A stretch of DNA of 64,000 nt from an uncultured cyanobacterium (GTDB lineage: Bacteria > Cyanobacteriota > Cyanobacteriia > Cyanobacteriales > Nostocaceae). Below, in pieces: positions 41,352-51,583 of the stretch. Under the pieces are notes generated by a model that was given only the letters and a program-made list of their open reading frames with translations, was not told the origin of the DNA and did not search any database. A program made the position numbers and the translations under genes. The stretch lies in the NCBI GenBank assembly GCA_963706595.1, contig OY970166.1, forward strand, positions 1,984,001 through 2,048,000, given 5' to 3'. How positions within the stretch are numbered: position 1 is the first letter of the stretch; each line of letters begins with the position of its first letter.

Positions 41352-42056
41352 ATGTTCAGAAAAATTGCCTTTGGTTCAATATGGCTGGGATTTCTTACCT
41401 ATGCTTTTATCTTTGCTCCCCCAGATCAACCTGATACATTTGAATTAATTAAAAATCTTTCCGTTGGTAAATGGGAAGGTATTAACCCCCTAGTCATCGC
41501 ATTATTCAACCTCATGGGCATTTGGCCTGTAATTTACAGTGCAATTCTGTTTATTGATGGTAGAGGGCAAAAAATCCGGGCTTGGCCATTTGCTACAGCC
41601 TCTTTTGCTGTCGGTGCTTTTGCGCTGTTACCTTATTTAGCTTTACGGGAACCAAATCAGGCGTTTTCTGGTAAAAAGAGTCTCTGGCTAAAGTTACTAG
41701 ATTCTCGGATTACTGGTTTGATTTTGACTATCGGCGCAGCGATTCTAGTCGCCTATGGTTTACAAGGAGATTGGGGAAACTTTGTGCAGCAATGGCAAAC
41801 CAGCCGTTTTATCCATGTGATGAGTTTAGACTTCTGCGTACTTTCGCTATTATTTCCCGCATTATTGGGAGATGACATGGCACGTCGGGGGATGAAAAAT
41901 CAGCCATTATTCTGGTTAATCGCATTGATTCCCCTATTCGGTCCCTTAATTTATTTAACTGTGCGATCTGCTTGCAGCAGCGCCTCGCTATCGCCGCAGG
42001 TGGGGCGTAGCCCATCGCCCTTACCAGAAGCAGACATAGAGACAGTATCCAGTTAA
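41352..42056 (+). CDS. Integral membrane protein (DUF2834-like)
   Basis: Multiple TM helices; FIHVMSLDF and DDMARRG. Confidence 0.7.
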   Translation: MFRKIAFGSIWLGFLTYAFIFAPPDQPDTFELIKNLSVGKWEGINPLVIALFNLMGIWPVIYSAILFIDGRGQKIRAWPFATASFAVGAFALLPYLALREPNQAFSGKKSLWLKLLDSRITGLILTIGAAILVAYGLQGDWGNFVQQWQTSRFIHVMSLDFCVLSLLFPALLGDDMARRGMKNQPLFWLIALIPLFGPLIYLTVRSACSSASLSPQVGRSPSPLPEADIETVSS

Positions 42057-42085
42057 CAAATATAGCTCAGTGCTGTGTGTGGATT

Positions 42086-42856
42086 TTATTTAGACAGTTG
42101 ATGTACTTCTGGTAACTGCCACCAAGGAACATGAGGGTATTCGTGATGTTCGTAATGGTAGCCAAAATGGTAACAAGTTATGAATGACCACCAAATAGGA
42201 CGGCTAATAGTGTGAGAACGATGAGGATCTTTATAACCTTCTACAGGTTCACTATGGGGTAGAAAAGTTCCAAAATAAAATAATTGCAATGAACTTAAAA
42301 TTGAGGGGATTACCCAAAAATAAGTGAGATTGTCCTCTGGAAGATGCCATATATATTTGACCACGTTATAGATAATCATTAATGTGATAATTTGTAGCCA
42401 ACTCCAGTAACGCTTCATAAAATATAAATACCAAGCAAAAAAGTTTTTATGCTTACCGTTATGAAAGTCTGGGTCTGCTTCACTGGCGGGATTATGGTGA
42501 TGTAGCCAATGCTTTTTTAAAAGTTTCTGATAAGGTAAAAGACCATAAAGAAACAGGCAAAATGAGCCAATGAAATGGTTAATTTTGGGATTTTTGGGAA
42601 AAACTACCCCATGCATGGCATCATGAGCTGTAATAAATAATCCAGTATATAAAAATGTTTGCCAAAATATGAGCGGCAACAACATCCAAAACTTGAATTG
42701 GGATATATCAATATAAAGTAACAAACCGAGGCTGATAGCCCATATACTAATAATGGCGATCGCCATGAAAATACCCCCAAACGGGGATTTACTTTTCACT
42801 GCTGGGGTGGTATTGATTTTTATTTCCGGCAATGGTGGTTGTTCTAACTGGATCAC
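42086..42856 (-). CDS. crtW: Beta-carotene ketolase
   Basis: TGLFITAHDAMH, HWLHH...DPDFH, FYFGTFLPH, CYHFGYHYEHH. Confidence 0.9.
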   Translation of the reverse strand: MIQLEQPPLPEIKINTTPAVKSKSPFGGIFMAIAIISIWAISLGLLLYIDISQFKFWMLLPLIFWQTFLYTGLFITAHDAMHGVVFPKNPKINHFIGSFCLFLYGLLPYQKLLKKHWLHHHNPASEADPDFHNGKHKNFFAWYLYFMKRYWSWLQIITLMIIYNVVKYIWHLPEDNLTYFWVIPSILSSLQLFYFGTFLPHSEPVEGYKDPHRSHTISRPIWWSFITCYHFGYHYEHHEYPHVPWWQLPEVHQLSK

Positions 42857-43123
42857 GCTTTTACTCCGCGTAGCTTTCAGGTGAAAATTCTCAAAATATA
42901 GTTATGAAAAAGCACTCAGCATTAGCCAAAAACCAATTTTAGTGGTAAGCGTTCTGCACTAGACAGTGCCAATCATCCCCAACTGTTTAGAAATATTAAA
43001 ATAACTTAATTATTATTACACATTATGCTCGCCATACCAAAAACTGTTTTCAGCTAAGTGAATCGGTAATGGGGATGAAGACAGTGTTTAGTATCCACAG
43101 CGCCCAGTATTTTTTCGTGGATA

Positions 43124-43315
43124 TTAGGAACCTAAATGGAGTACTTCCCGTATTACGCTGTAGCCGTTGAGATCCCAAAGTAAGTAAGCGATAAAACCAA
43201 TCATCGCCAAGCGACCATTCCAAAGTTCCGATTGAGGCGTAAACCCAAATTTCAAAGCATTACGATCTTTACCGTTGTAGGCGGTTTCAGTGGCATCAGT
43301 AGGATAAAGTCCCAT
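43124..43315 (-). CDS. High-light-inducible chlorophyll-binding protein (Hlip)
   Basis: FGFTPQSELWNGRLAMIGF; likely ATG at 43315. Confidence 0.9.
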   Translation of the reverse strand: MGLYPTDATETAYNGKDRNALKFGFTPQSELWNGRLAMIGFIAYLLWDLNGYSVIREVLHLGS

Positions 43316-43626
43316 TATAAATTCTCCAGCCAATAATAAGATTTCCTTTTTCATAGTATTTACCTGCTCACTTAGTGCTATCTGTCTCTAGTGCCAAAGT
43401 GTAAGCAAGTCTAAAGGATGAATTTTTCCGATTTATCAGGAATACTCCGAAGGATTGCAACTCTGATAATTTTGATATTTTAAATATTATAAGAATCTCG
43501 GTTTGCTCAAATAATTTAGAAATGCCATAACACTGGCAATGTGAACAAAAAATCAAACTTCAGATACCATAAAAAATCTAACGAAAGTTAGAAGGTTTCG
43601 CGAGTAAAATTATCCAAACTAAGAGA

Positions 43627-43768
43627 TATAGGACTCATATTTGATTTATGAAACACACGTAGGGTGTGTTAGGCGTAAGCCGTAACGCACCCCCCAAAGC
43701 TTTCGGTGCGTTACGCTGTCGCTAACACACCCTACGTATCCGTTCAATAATCAAATCGGATTCCTATA
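43627..43768. mobile_element. MITE-like element (TATAGGA.TC..ATTTGATT TIRs) carrying a REP doublet at 43659-43735
   Basis: Left TATAGGACTCATATTTGATT vs reverse complement of right end TATAGGAATCCGATTTGATT. Confidence 0.65.
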
Positions 43769-43796
43769 GATGGTCTTATATTTATAATTGCTGAAT

Positions 43797-44615
43797 ATGG
43801 CTCCCACAATATTAATTACAGGTGCATCTGAAGGCATAGGTAAAGCTACGGCTCTTTTATTTTCAAGGAAAGGTTATAATCTCGTACTTGCAGCGCGTCA
43901 TGGTGACACATTAGCCGCCACATCCCAAGAGATAGAAAACCTTGGTCATCCCGCCCCATTAAGTATTACTTGCGATGTCAAAGATCCATTTCAGGTAGAT
44001 ATATTAGTGCAGACGGCATTAGAAAATTATGCTGATATCGATGTGTTGGTAAATAATGCCGGGATCTTTGCATCAGGGCCAGTAGAACAATTTTCGCTCA
44101 ATGATTGGCACGAAGTTATAGACACTAACCTTTGGGGATATATTCATACTATTCATGCCCTTTTACCCCATTTTCTGCAACGGGGAAGGGGAACCATAGT
44201 TAATGTTAGTTCTATTGGCGGTAAAGTACCGACAGCTTACATGGTTCCCTACTGTACGAGTAAGTTTGCGGTGACAGGGTTAACTGAAACACTGCAAGCG
44301 GAATTACAACCAAAAGGTATTCAAGTTTGTGGGATTTATCCGAATTTAATCAAGAGTAGTTTTATGGAACGAGCAGTTTTTCGAGGACAGGATGAACAAG
44401 AAATCCAAACTCGAAGGGAACAGCTTGATAATGTCCTGAAAACTCCTGTAATAGAGAAGCCGGAAGATGTGGCTAATGCTATTTGGGATGCAGTCAAGCA
44501 TCAAAAGTCAGATGTCATGGTTGGTTCTGCTAATGTATCTCAGGGTTTATATAGATTGTTTCCTGGTGTGATGAAGTGGGTTTCTCGGCAAACTTTGAAA
44601 AATCAAGATAATTAA
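43797..44615 (+). CDS. Short-chain dehydrogenase/reductase
   Basis: TGASEGIG, NNAG, YCTSK. Confidence 0.92.
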   Translation: MAPTILITGASEGIGKATALLFSRKGYNLVLAARHGDTLAATSQEIENLGHPAPLSITCDVKDPFQVDILVQTALENYADIDVLVNNAGIFASGPVEQFSLNDWHEVIDTNLWGYIHTIHALLPHFLQRGRGTIVNVSSIGGKVPTAYMVPYCTSKFAVTGLTETLQAELQPKGIQVCGIYPNLIKSSFMERAVFRGQDEQEIQTRREQLDNVLKTPVIEKPEDVANAIWDAVKHQKSDVMVGSANVSQGLYRLFPGVMKWVSRQTLKNQDN

Positions 44616-44687
44616 CTAATACCGTTGCTAATTTAGGAAGTTTAACGCCTGTAGAAACGGGATGAATACGATTTAAGGAATGAATTT

Positions 44688-44909
44688 ATGAAAAATGAAA
44701 ATTTAGACTCTATGTTCCTCGTTGAGCTAACTTTAGTGGAGCAAGAACTTTTATCTGGTGGACAAAACTCAGATGATCAGAATGGTGATTTCGATAAATT
44801 CAAAGATAAAGATAAGGAGAAACAGAAGGATAAAAATATTACAAATTTCTTGATTGCTCAAAAGGATATAAGTGGGTCGGTGGAAATAAACTTAACTATC
44901 AGTATGTAA
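44688..44909 (+). CDS. Small protein with double-glycine-type leader (bacteriocin/RiPP precursor-like)
   Basis: ELTLVEQELLSGG resembles the ELSxxELxxxxGG leader; AAGGA SD-like sequence upstream. Confidence 0.55.
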   Translation: MKNENLDSMFLVELTLVEQELLSGGQNSDDQNGDFDKFKDKDKEKQKDKNITNFLIAQKDISGSVEINLTISM

Positions 44910-45378
44910 GCAAAAGTAAAGACAATTTTCCATATTTATGTTATCAGCGATCGCTCATGGTGGGTATTTGTGCGATCGCTCCTCTTTTCCTTTCAGAATG
45001 TTGGATTATGGATAGTAGGCTAAGTTGCATGGGAATAAGTATCTTCTAGTAGTTTGTATAATGATGTAGTCATTTACTAATAGTTAAAATACTTAGGCTT
45101 AAGTCTATATCAGTAGTTTCTTCATGTTTTAATATGTGGTTTTACATATTTTTGTATTGCCCCATATTCAGTTGCTAGGCACTCTCCCCTACTAAAGATT
45201 TATGGGGATTTAATTGCTATGGCAATTAATGTGGTATTTACTGAAAATACTCTAGACGTTGTATTTATTTTTTTCAATAATAATCATGAAAAATTTACCA
45301 TTTAAACTCTTGGTCTTGTGTTTAAATGTGTTTATAATTTCAATGGATACATAATTTGCTACATATTACAGAAATAAT

Positions 45379-47760
45379 ATGCCTATTGATTTGGGTAAAA
45401 TTAATAGCGGAAACACAAGTGATACAGTTCTTCATCCCAGAGAAATATTTACTGCCCTTCCAAATAAGGATGAAAACAGTTTGAATTTCCGAGAGATGGT
45501 CAAACAGAAGTTTGGGATAATTGGTTCTCTAGGAGGGATAAAAAAGATTTAGTTATCAAAATGAATACGGGTAATGGCAAGACTGTAGTCGGGTTACTTA
45601 TCCTCAAGAGTTGCCTAAATGAAGGTAAAGGTCCGCGAACTTAATAGTCCTGATGATTGTTTGAAACAAACAGTTATGGAGAACAAAAAGGAATTGAAGT
45701 TACAGATGAAAATTGTTAGACAATTAGCAGGTATTTTAATTGTCATTATACATCTAATTAATGGAAAATCAACTGGGTGTTGGTGATAGGCTGCAAATAA
45801 ATATTGGAGCATTATTATTGATGATGCTCATGCGTGTCTGAACGGTAGAAGATCATTTTACTTTAACAATGGATAGCATCAGATGCATATCAAGAAATTT
45901 ATAGATGGTTTCAAGAATCACTTCTCAGCAATGTTTACAAAAGAATTAGAGATTAATAATCATGAACCTGATACTTATATGCAAGTTCCTTTTTGGGCTT
46001 GGCAAAGTGAATTACACAAATGTAGCCAAATTTTAAATAAATTGAAATTGATATCAAATTAAAGCCCATTGATAAAGGAACACTAAATTTATCAAGGTGT
46101 GTTATTAGCTCAGAAAAAATAGAAATTTCACCTCACTGCATACCAATTCATATGATTCCGAGTATTATAAATGCACCTAGAAAGATTATTTATGAAACCG
46201 ACTTTAGTGATGACATACTTGTATAGCATTTTGGTATTACAGATGATTATTAATAATTGTATTACCGAAAGAGTAGATGGTATTTTTGATAGATGATTCT
46301 ACATCGACAAGTAATCAATTCCAAAATAACTGACTATCAAATCAAGGAATTTTGTAAGTTGATTTCAGAGGATGTGAATGTTGTTGTTATCGTTCCATCA
46401 GACGAACGAGCTAAATACTGGAAAGATCAAGCTAATTTAACTTTGAACAAAGATAATCTGTATGAAGGAGTAACTCGTTTAAAAAAGGAAAAAGTTGGTA
46501 TAACAATATTAGTGAATCGCTACGATGGAGTAGACTTACCAAAGGATGCCTGTAGGTTTCTTGTAATTGATGGATTGCCATCTGCTAGACGACTGATTGA
46601 TAAAGTTGAACAAGTTATCCTCATGGGAAGTTCAAGAAAAGCTGCTCAACTAATTCAAAAAATAGAGCAAGGAATGGGGCGTGGTGTTAGATCCAGTGAT
46701 GATTACTGTGCTGTATTTTTAATGGGACGTAAACTTACTAGCCAATTATATGCTGGAGGTGCAATAGATAAATTTTCCCCAGCAACTAAAGCACAAATAA
46801 ACCTGTCGGAGAAGATTTCTGAGCAGATTCAAGGAGAAGGTTTATCTCAGATACGGGAAGCTATTATGTATTGCTTACATAGAAACCAAGAGTGGGTATC
46901 AAAAAGCAAGGGAGCTTTGGCATCGCTTTCATACGCAGCAACTAGTACACCTGATTTTATAACAATTGCACAAAGGAAAGCATATGATTTTGCTTATATA
47001 AAAAATTATAATGCCGTAACAAATGAGTTTATCAACACTATAAATATAGTAGATGAGAAACCCCTCAAGTCTTATTTAAAACAATGCTTGGCAGAGTACA
47101 TTAACCTCTATGATCAGGCTGAGGCACAAAAAACTTTGATGTCAGCAGCCATTGATAATTCAAGAGTAACTAAGCCAATGGATGGAATATCCTATCACAA
47201 GATTGAATCGAAAGCTATGGATGAAGCAAGAATATGTGGAGATTACTTAAGAAAAAAATTTGCTGATCCAAATAAAATCGTTATTAAGATGAATGGATTA
47301 TTAGAATCATTGATATTTAAACCAGAGACAGCAGAAATATTTGAAGAATCATTGAAGACAATTGCTCGGTATATTGGGTTTAATAGTCAGCGTCCAGAAG
47401 CAGAGTATAGGAAGCTACCAGATGTCCTTTGGGAGGTTGGAAACTTATCATACTTTGTAATCGAGTGCAAAAATGGAGCTACTACAAATACTATTAGTAA
47501 ACATGACTGCAATCAGCTAAATGGATCTGGCGAATGGTTTACTAATACTTATGATCAAACTTGTAGTTTTACTCCAATTTTGATTCATCCTTCAGTAAAA
47601 TTTGAATATGCTGCCTCACCTAAAGCGGAGACACGAATTATGAATGGAGACAAATTGAATCTGTTGCGTGAAACTCTATCTAATTTCATCAATTATTAAA
47701 TGTAGAAAACAAAATTAATGATGAAAAAGACTATTAAAGAGAGATTCCTATTCTACAGAC
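45379..47760 (+). pseudogene. Degraded SF2 helicase plus C-terminal PD-(D/E)xK nuclease (Hna-like)
   Basis: Fragments across frames: MPIDLGKIN..HPREIFTALP, KMNTGNGKTVVGLLILKSCLNE, IIIDDAHACL. Intact 46293-47699 has NRYDGVDLP, EQGMGRGVRS and PDVLW..YFVIECKN. Confidence 0.75.
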
Positions 47761-47920
47761 TAACAGGCGGTTCGTTTTTCCATTACTATACTCAGTCAAA
47801 ATCCCATAAATAGATTAAACTTGCAAATGTAGGATGATCCCATTTTCTCCTAAATTTATTAGCATTTTTTCAAATCCTTGTGGTTGAGTAGTAAGCTAAA
47901 AATTAAGCGATTTATTTGGA

Positions 47921-48232
47921 ATGGCTATGAACAATCAACCGAAATCTCTTGTAAATGAGTTAGAACAAATTTATAGTCAGAATATTCAGACAATAACCCG
48001 TTTGTTAGCTCAAATAACAAACCGTAATCCAGATGAGATTAAACCACACTTGGATACCATGCTTAAGATGTTAGTACAACCACAGGGTGAGCGTCCTTTC
48101 TATGAAACTGCAACCCCTCAAGAGTGGGTAACAGCATTTCAAGAGTGGGTAGAAAGCCATCGAGAACTTAACCTTCCAACACTTTCAGACGCAGCCATTA
48201 GCCGAGAAAGTATTTATGGAGAGCGAGGTTAA
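47921..48232 (+). CDS. Putative antitoxin-like protein
   Basis: C-terminal LSDAAISRESIY tail of the kind seen in cyanobacterial PIN-toxin partners. Confidence 0.6.
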   Translation: MAMNNQPKSLVNELEQIYSQNIQTITRLLAQITNRNPDEIKPHLDTMLKMLVQPQGERPFYETATPQEWVTAFQEWVESHRELNLPTLSDAAISRESIYGERG

Positions 48233-48258
48233 GTGCCGTATCTTGTAGATATTAAGTA

Positions 48259-48708
48259 TTATCGTGATTCACACTCGCGTTTAGTGACATGGTGACGATA
48301 GCGAAACATCGCTTCCAATTGGGCTTGTATTAGCCAACCACTGACAAATTCCACTGTACCACCACCGGGCATAGAGAAGGAAACAGCATCGGTTAACTTG
48401 GTTTTACCATTTTCTGGGGCGAATTCATGGCGATGTATCCAAGACTCAAAAGGCCCAGATATCTGTTTGTCAATAAACAGGCGATTTTTTTCACATTCAG
48501 TGTGTCGCGCTAACCAAGTTAAAGGTAATGGCCCTAAAAACAAACGAAATTCAGTGATAGCGCCCACTTCTAGCCCGCCTTCACGACGAATTACTTGCAC
48601 CGGTTGCCAAGGTGGGTTGAGTAGTTGCAAAATATCTGGTCTTTCGTGGAATTTCCACACTACTTCGACTGGCGCATTAATGACTGAGGAATGTTGAAAT
48701 TGCAGCAT
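48259..48708 (-). CDS. SRPBCC family protein
   Basis: INAPVEVVWKFH, LNPPW, FIDKQISGPF..WIHRHEF. Confidence 0.85.
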   Translation of the reverse strand: MLQFQHSSVINAPVEVVWKFHERPDILQLLNPPWQPVQVIRREGGLEVGAITEFRLFLGPLPLTWLARHTECEKNRLFIDKQISGPFESWIHRHEFAPENGKTKLTDAVSFSMPGGGTVEFVSGWLIQAQLEAMFRYRHHVTKRECESR

Positions 48709-48728
48709 GGAAAGAAAAAACGTAAAAT

Positions 48729-48917
48729 TTAGCTTTCGCAGTCAGTTGAAATCTCTATATCTAGGGTATCTTCATCAATTTGCACATACAAAATATTCGG
48801 GTTACAGCAAACTTGACAATCTTCTACATAGGATTGTTGTGAACCGGCACTTAAATCGATAAAAGTTAAGCTTGGTTCGCCGCAATAAGCGCAGTAGTAC
48901 TCAGCAGTATTTTGCAT
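48729..48917 (-). CDS. CPXCG-motif cysteine-rich protein
   Basis: CAYCGE ... YVEDCQVCCNP. Confidence 0.85.
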   Translation of the reverse strand: MQNTAEYYCAYCGEPSLTFIDLSAGSQQSYVEDCQVCCNPNILYVQIDEDTLDIEISTDCES

Positions 48918-50556
48918 TTAATGGCTGTAGTTCTTTGGGGGTTGAGTTGAAATGACTGGTAGCTTCAGCCAAGTGCTTCAGTAGTGTAGACTGTGGTAGC
49001 GGCCCTTGCAAGTGATTCCAAGGTAAGATTTGCTCGGTTGACCAGTTGCTGTGAACGTAATACTCTAAGTCGGGTATTTGTCCTTTGAGTTGTTTGAAAG
49101 CACGTTTGTAGCTACCTAAAGAGTCGCCAAATTCACGGGTTAATTCTAGAAGTTGGGACAGTCGGCGATCGCCTCTCGATATCAAAGCCTGTATAATTGA
49201 CCAATTATAGCTTTCAGGACGAAATTCTATCCCCTGGGGTTTTAGCTGTTTTTGCAGCATTTGTAGCCGCTTTTCAGCTTGGCGATTTACCCCAAACCAT
49301 TGAAATGGCGTGTGTGCCTTGGGAACAAATGTACTACATCCAAAGGTTAACCGCAACCCTGGGGCAGCTTTTTTAATATTCCGCATCATCGCCACAGTTT
49401 GCTCTAAATCTTCTGGTTCTTCACCGGGGATACCTGCCATACCGTAGAGTTTCAAGCCTTTTAATCCTCCAGCTTTGGCATTGATGGCAGCTTGGATGAT
49501 TTCATCATTATGCAGCTTTTTGTTGACGATTTGGCGGAGTTTTTCGGAACCACTCTCGACTGCAATTGTAAGCGATCGCGTGTCTCGTTTCGCTAAAGTT
49601 TCGGCAAGCTGCACTGTTACCGTATTGGTTCGGACTGAGGCAATACTCAAACGGACATCATCATATTTTGGCTGACTAATATAATCTAGCAAAGCCTCAA
49701 ACTCTGGGTGTTGAGTTACAGAAGCCCCCAATAACCCCAGACGGTTGGTTACAGCTAACCCTTTTTCAATAGCGGGAATTAACGACTCTTCCAAACTGGC
49801 TGTTCTAAAAGGTAAAGTCAGATAACTCGCCATACAAAAGCGGCACATTTCCGGACAACTCCGCACCACTTCCACCATATAAATATTTTCCCATGCGGCT
49901 TTTTCCGTCACCACAGTAGATGTAGATAAAGTATTCCCTCTGTAAGTCTGCTTCTGCACCACTGGGGGAATTTCTGGGAAAATTGGTTTAATTGACTTTA
50001 ACTCACCATCTTTGGCGTGATATTCCACCGCATACAAACTAGGAACGTAAATTCCTGGTACTTGCGCCAGTGCTTTGAGTTGAATTTCTCTAGAAGCGTT
50101 TCTGACTTCTTTGTACGTCTCAATAAAATTAGGCAGCAGATTTTCCCCGTCACCGAGTAAAATGACATCAAAAAAATCGGCAAAAGGTTCGGGGTTAGCA
50201 GTGAGAACAGGGCCACCACCAAAAATTATCGGATGGGAATCATTACGGGAAGTAGCCCTGATGGGAATGTCTAAAGATTCCAGTAAATTTAAGATATTCA
50301 CATAATCGAGTTCCCAGGAGATAGAAAATCCTACAATTTCCGGGTTTCTCGGTAGTTGTTCTTGAATATCGGTAAATAAGCGACTCACCTGCACATCTTC
50401 ACGCATGGCTAAAGTTGCCCACACCACCTGATAGCCGAGGCTGGTAATACCCACTGTGTACTCGTTGGGAAAGGCGAAAATTAGCGGGATAGCATCGTTG
50501 TGGGGGGTGGTGGGGGTAAATAGGAGGCGTTCAGAGGCAAATAGAGATGATGTCAC
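48901..50556 (-). CDS. B12-binding-domain radical SAM protein
   Basis: CPEMCRFC; GGPVLTANPEP; FVPKAHTPFQW. Confidence 0.9.
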   Translation of the reverse strand: MTSSLFASERLLFTPTTPHNDAIPLIFAFPNEYTVGITSLGYQVVWATLAMREDVQVSRLFTDIQEQLPRNPEIVGFSISWELDYVNILNLLESLDIPIRATSRNDSHPIIFGGGPVLTANPEPFADFFDVILLGDGENLLPNFIETYKEVRNASREIQLKALAQVPGIYVPSLYAVEYHAKDGELKSIKPIFPEIPPVVQKQTYRGNTLSTSTVVTEKAAWENIYMVEVVRSCPEMCRFCMASYLTLPFRTASLEESLIPAIEKGLAVTNRLGLLGASVTQHPEFEALLDYISQPKYDDVRLSIASVRTNTVTVQLAETLAKRDTRSLTIAVESGSEKLRQIVNKKLHNDEIIQAAINAKAGGLKGLKLYGMAGIPGEEPEDLEQTVAMMRNIKKAAPGLRLTFGCSTFVPKAHTPFQWFGVNRQAEKRLQMLQKQLKPQGIEFRPESYNWSIIQALISRGDRRLSQLLELTREFGDSLGSYKRAFKQLKGQIPDLEYYVHSNWSTEQILPWNHLQGPLPQSTLLKHLAEATSHFNSTPKELQPLNAKYC

Positions 50557-50577
50557 AGGTGTTTATTAGGAGCAAGT

Positions 50578-50832
50578 TTATCTATATTTAATTTTAAGCC
50601 ATAGAATTATGAAGTTGAAAAATAAGGTGAAGCTGTTGGCCAGAATAATCGGTAAGGATTTTAAATAAATTCCATATATTAACCATAAAAATAGACCACT
50701 TATAAATGTAATCAGCATCAGGTAAGAGACATCTTTTGCTGATTTGCTTTGCCATGTTTTCCACATTTGTGGTAAGAAGGCACTGGTTGTTAATGTGGCA
50801 GCACATAATCCTAAGATTGTGATAAATTCCAT
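50578..50832 (-). CDS. SemiSWEET (PQ-loop) transporter
   Basis: AFLPQ...KSAKDVS...LWLIYG...PIILAN. Confidence 0.9.
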   Translation of the reverse strand: MEFITILGLCAATLTTSAFLPQMWKTWQSKSAKDVSYLMLITFISGLFLWLIYGIYLKSLPIILANSFTLFFNFIILWLKIKYR

Positions 50833-50935
50833 ATATGTTAGGTTGTAATATATGGGAATTATATCTGAGTTTTAAGAAGTAATTTTTAAACGAACCGCCA
50901 AGTCGCCAAGTTCGCCAAGGGAAAGAGAAATATGT

Positions 50936-51583
50936 TTACAATATAATGTTTTCAAGATGCGTTAACCATTTATCAAAATGCTGACACTGTTGACGAATTA
51001 TATCTAGTCCTATATCTATGGCAATTAGAGATCCATGTAATGGTTTATCATAGCTAGGACAGCAACTAATAATTCTTTTGGATGGTGCTGTCATCGGATT
51101 TTCGTTGATATGCTCAGGTGAAGCAAACGAGTCACGCTCACGCTGTAGCTGGTCTACTATGCTTTGATCAAACCATCCCTTAAAAGCATTGGGATTACTG
51201 TACAATAGTCCCTCAAACTCATGTAATAATAAATTGGGAATAAAATTTTTGTGTCCAACATCTGCGCTCATGGACTGTTCAATATATTCAGCTTTTTTAA
51301 ATGGGTCATTCGTGTTTGGCAGACAATTTTTTCCAGGAAAGTCTTTTGGCAAGGCATATAAATCAAACATTGTCGTGACGAATGCCGAACTATCCTCAAG
51401 ACATTTTCGATGCAATTGCCGTTTTATTTTTTCATAGCTGACTATACCACCTTTACTTCTTGAGCTAGTTCGCACCAGGATGGGAGTGAGATAAATATTT
51501 TGTTGCTGAAAATGCTCATAAAGTAATTCTCTCACAAAGGTTTCTTCTGTCTGTCCTTCCACAAAAATATTGACTCGCATCAT
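50936..51583 (-). CDS. DUF4276-like (TOPRIM-type) protein
   Basis: IFVEGQTEE, TTMFDLYALP, HEFEGLL, SPEHIN...PSKR; ATGA overlap with the ATPase stop. Confidence 0.8.
   Translation of the reverse strand: MMRVNIFVEGQTEETFVRELLYEHFQQQNIYLTPILVRTSSRSKGGIVSYEKIKRQLHRKCLEDSSAFVTTMFDLYALPKDFPGKNCLPNTNDPFKKAEYIEQSMSADVGHKNFIPNLLLHEFEGLLYSNPNAFKGWFDQSIVDQLQRERDSFASPEHINENPMTAPSKRIISCCPSYDKPLHGSLIAIDIGLDIIRQQCQHFDKWLTHLENIIL

Noticed and set aside
44688..50556. Leader peptide plus radical SAM plus Cys-rich protein as one RiPP cluster
   Set aside because: They are about 4 kb apart, on opposite strands and separated by an unrelated island; the radical SAM/CPXCG/SRPBCC block looks like ordinary backbone.
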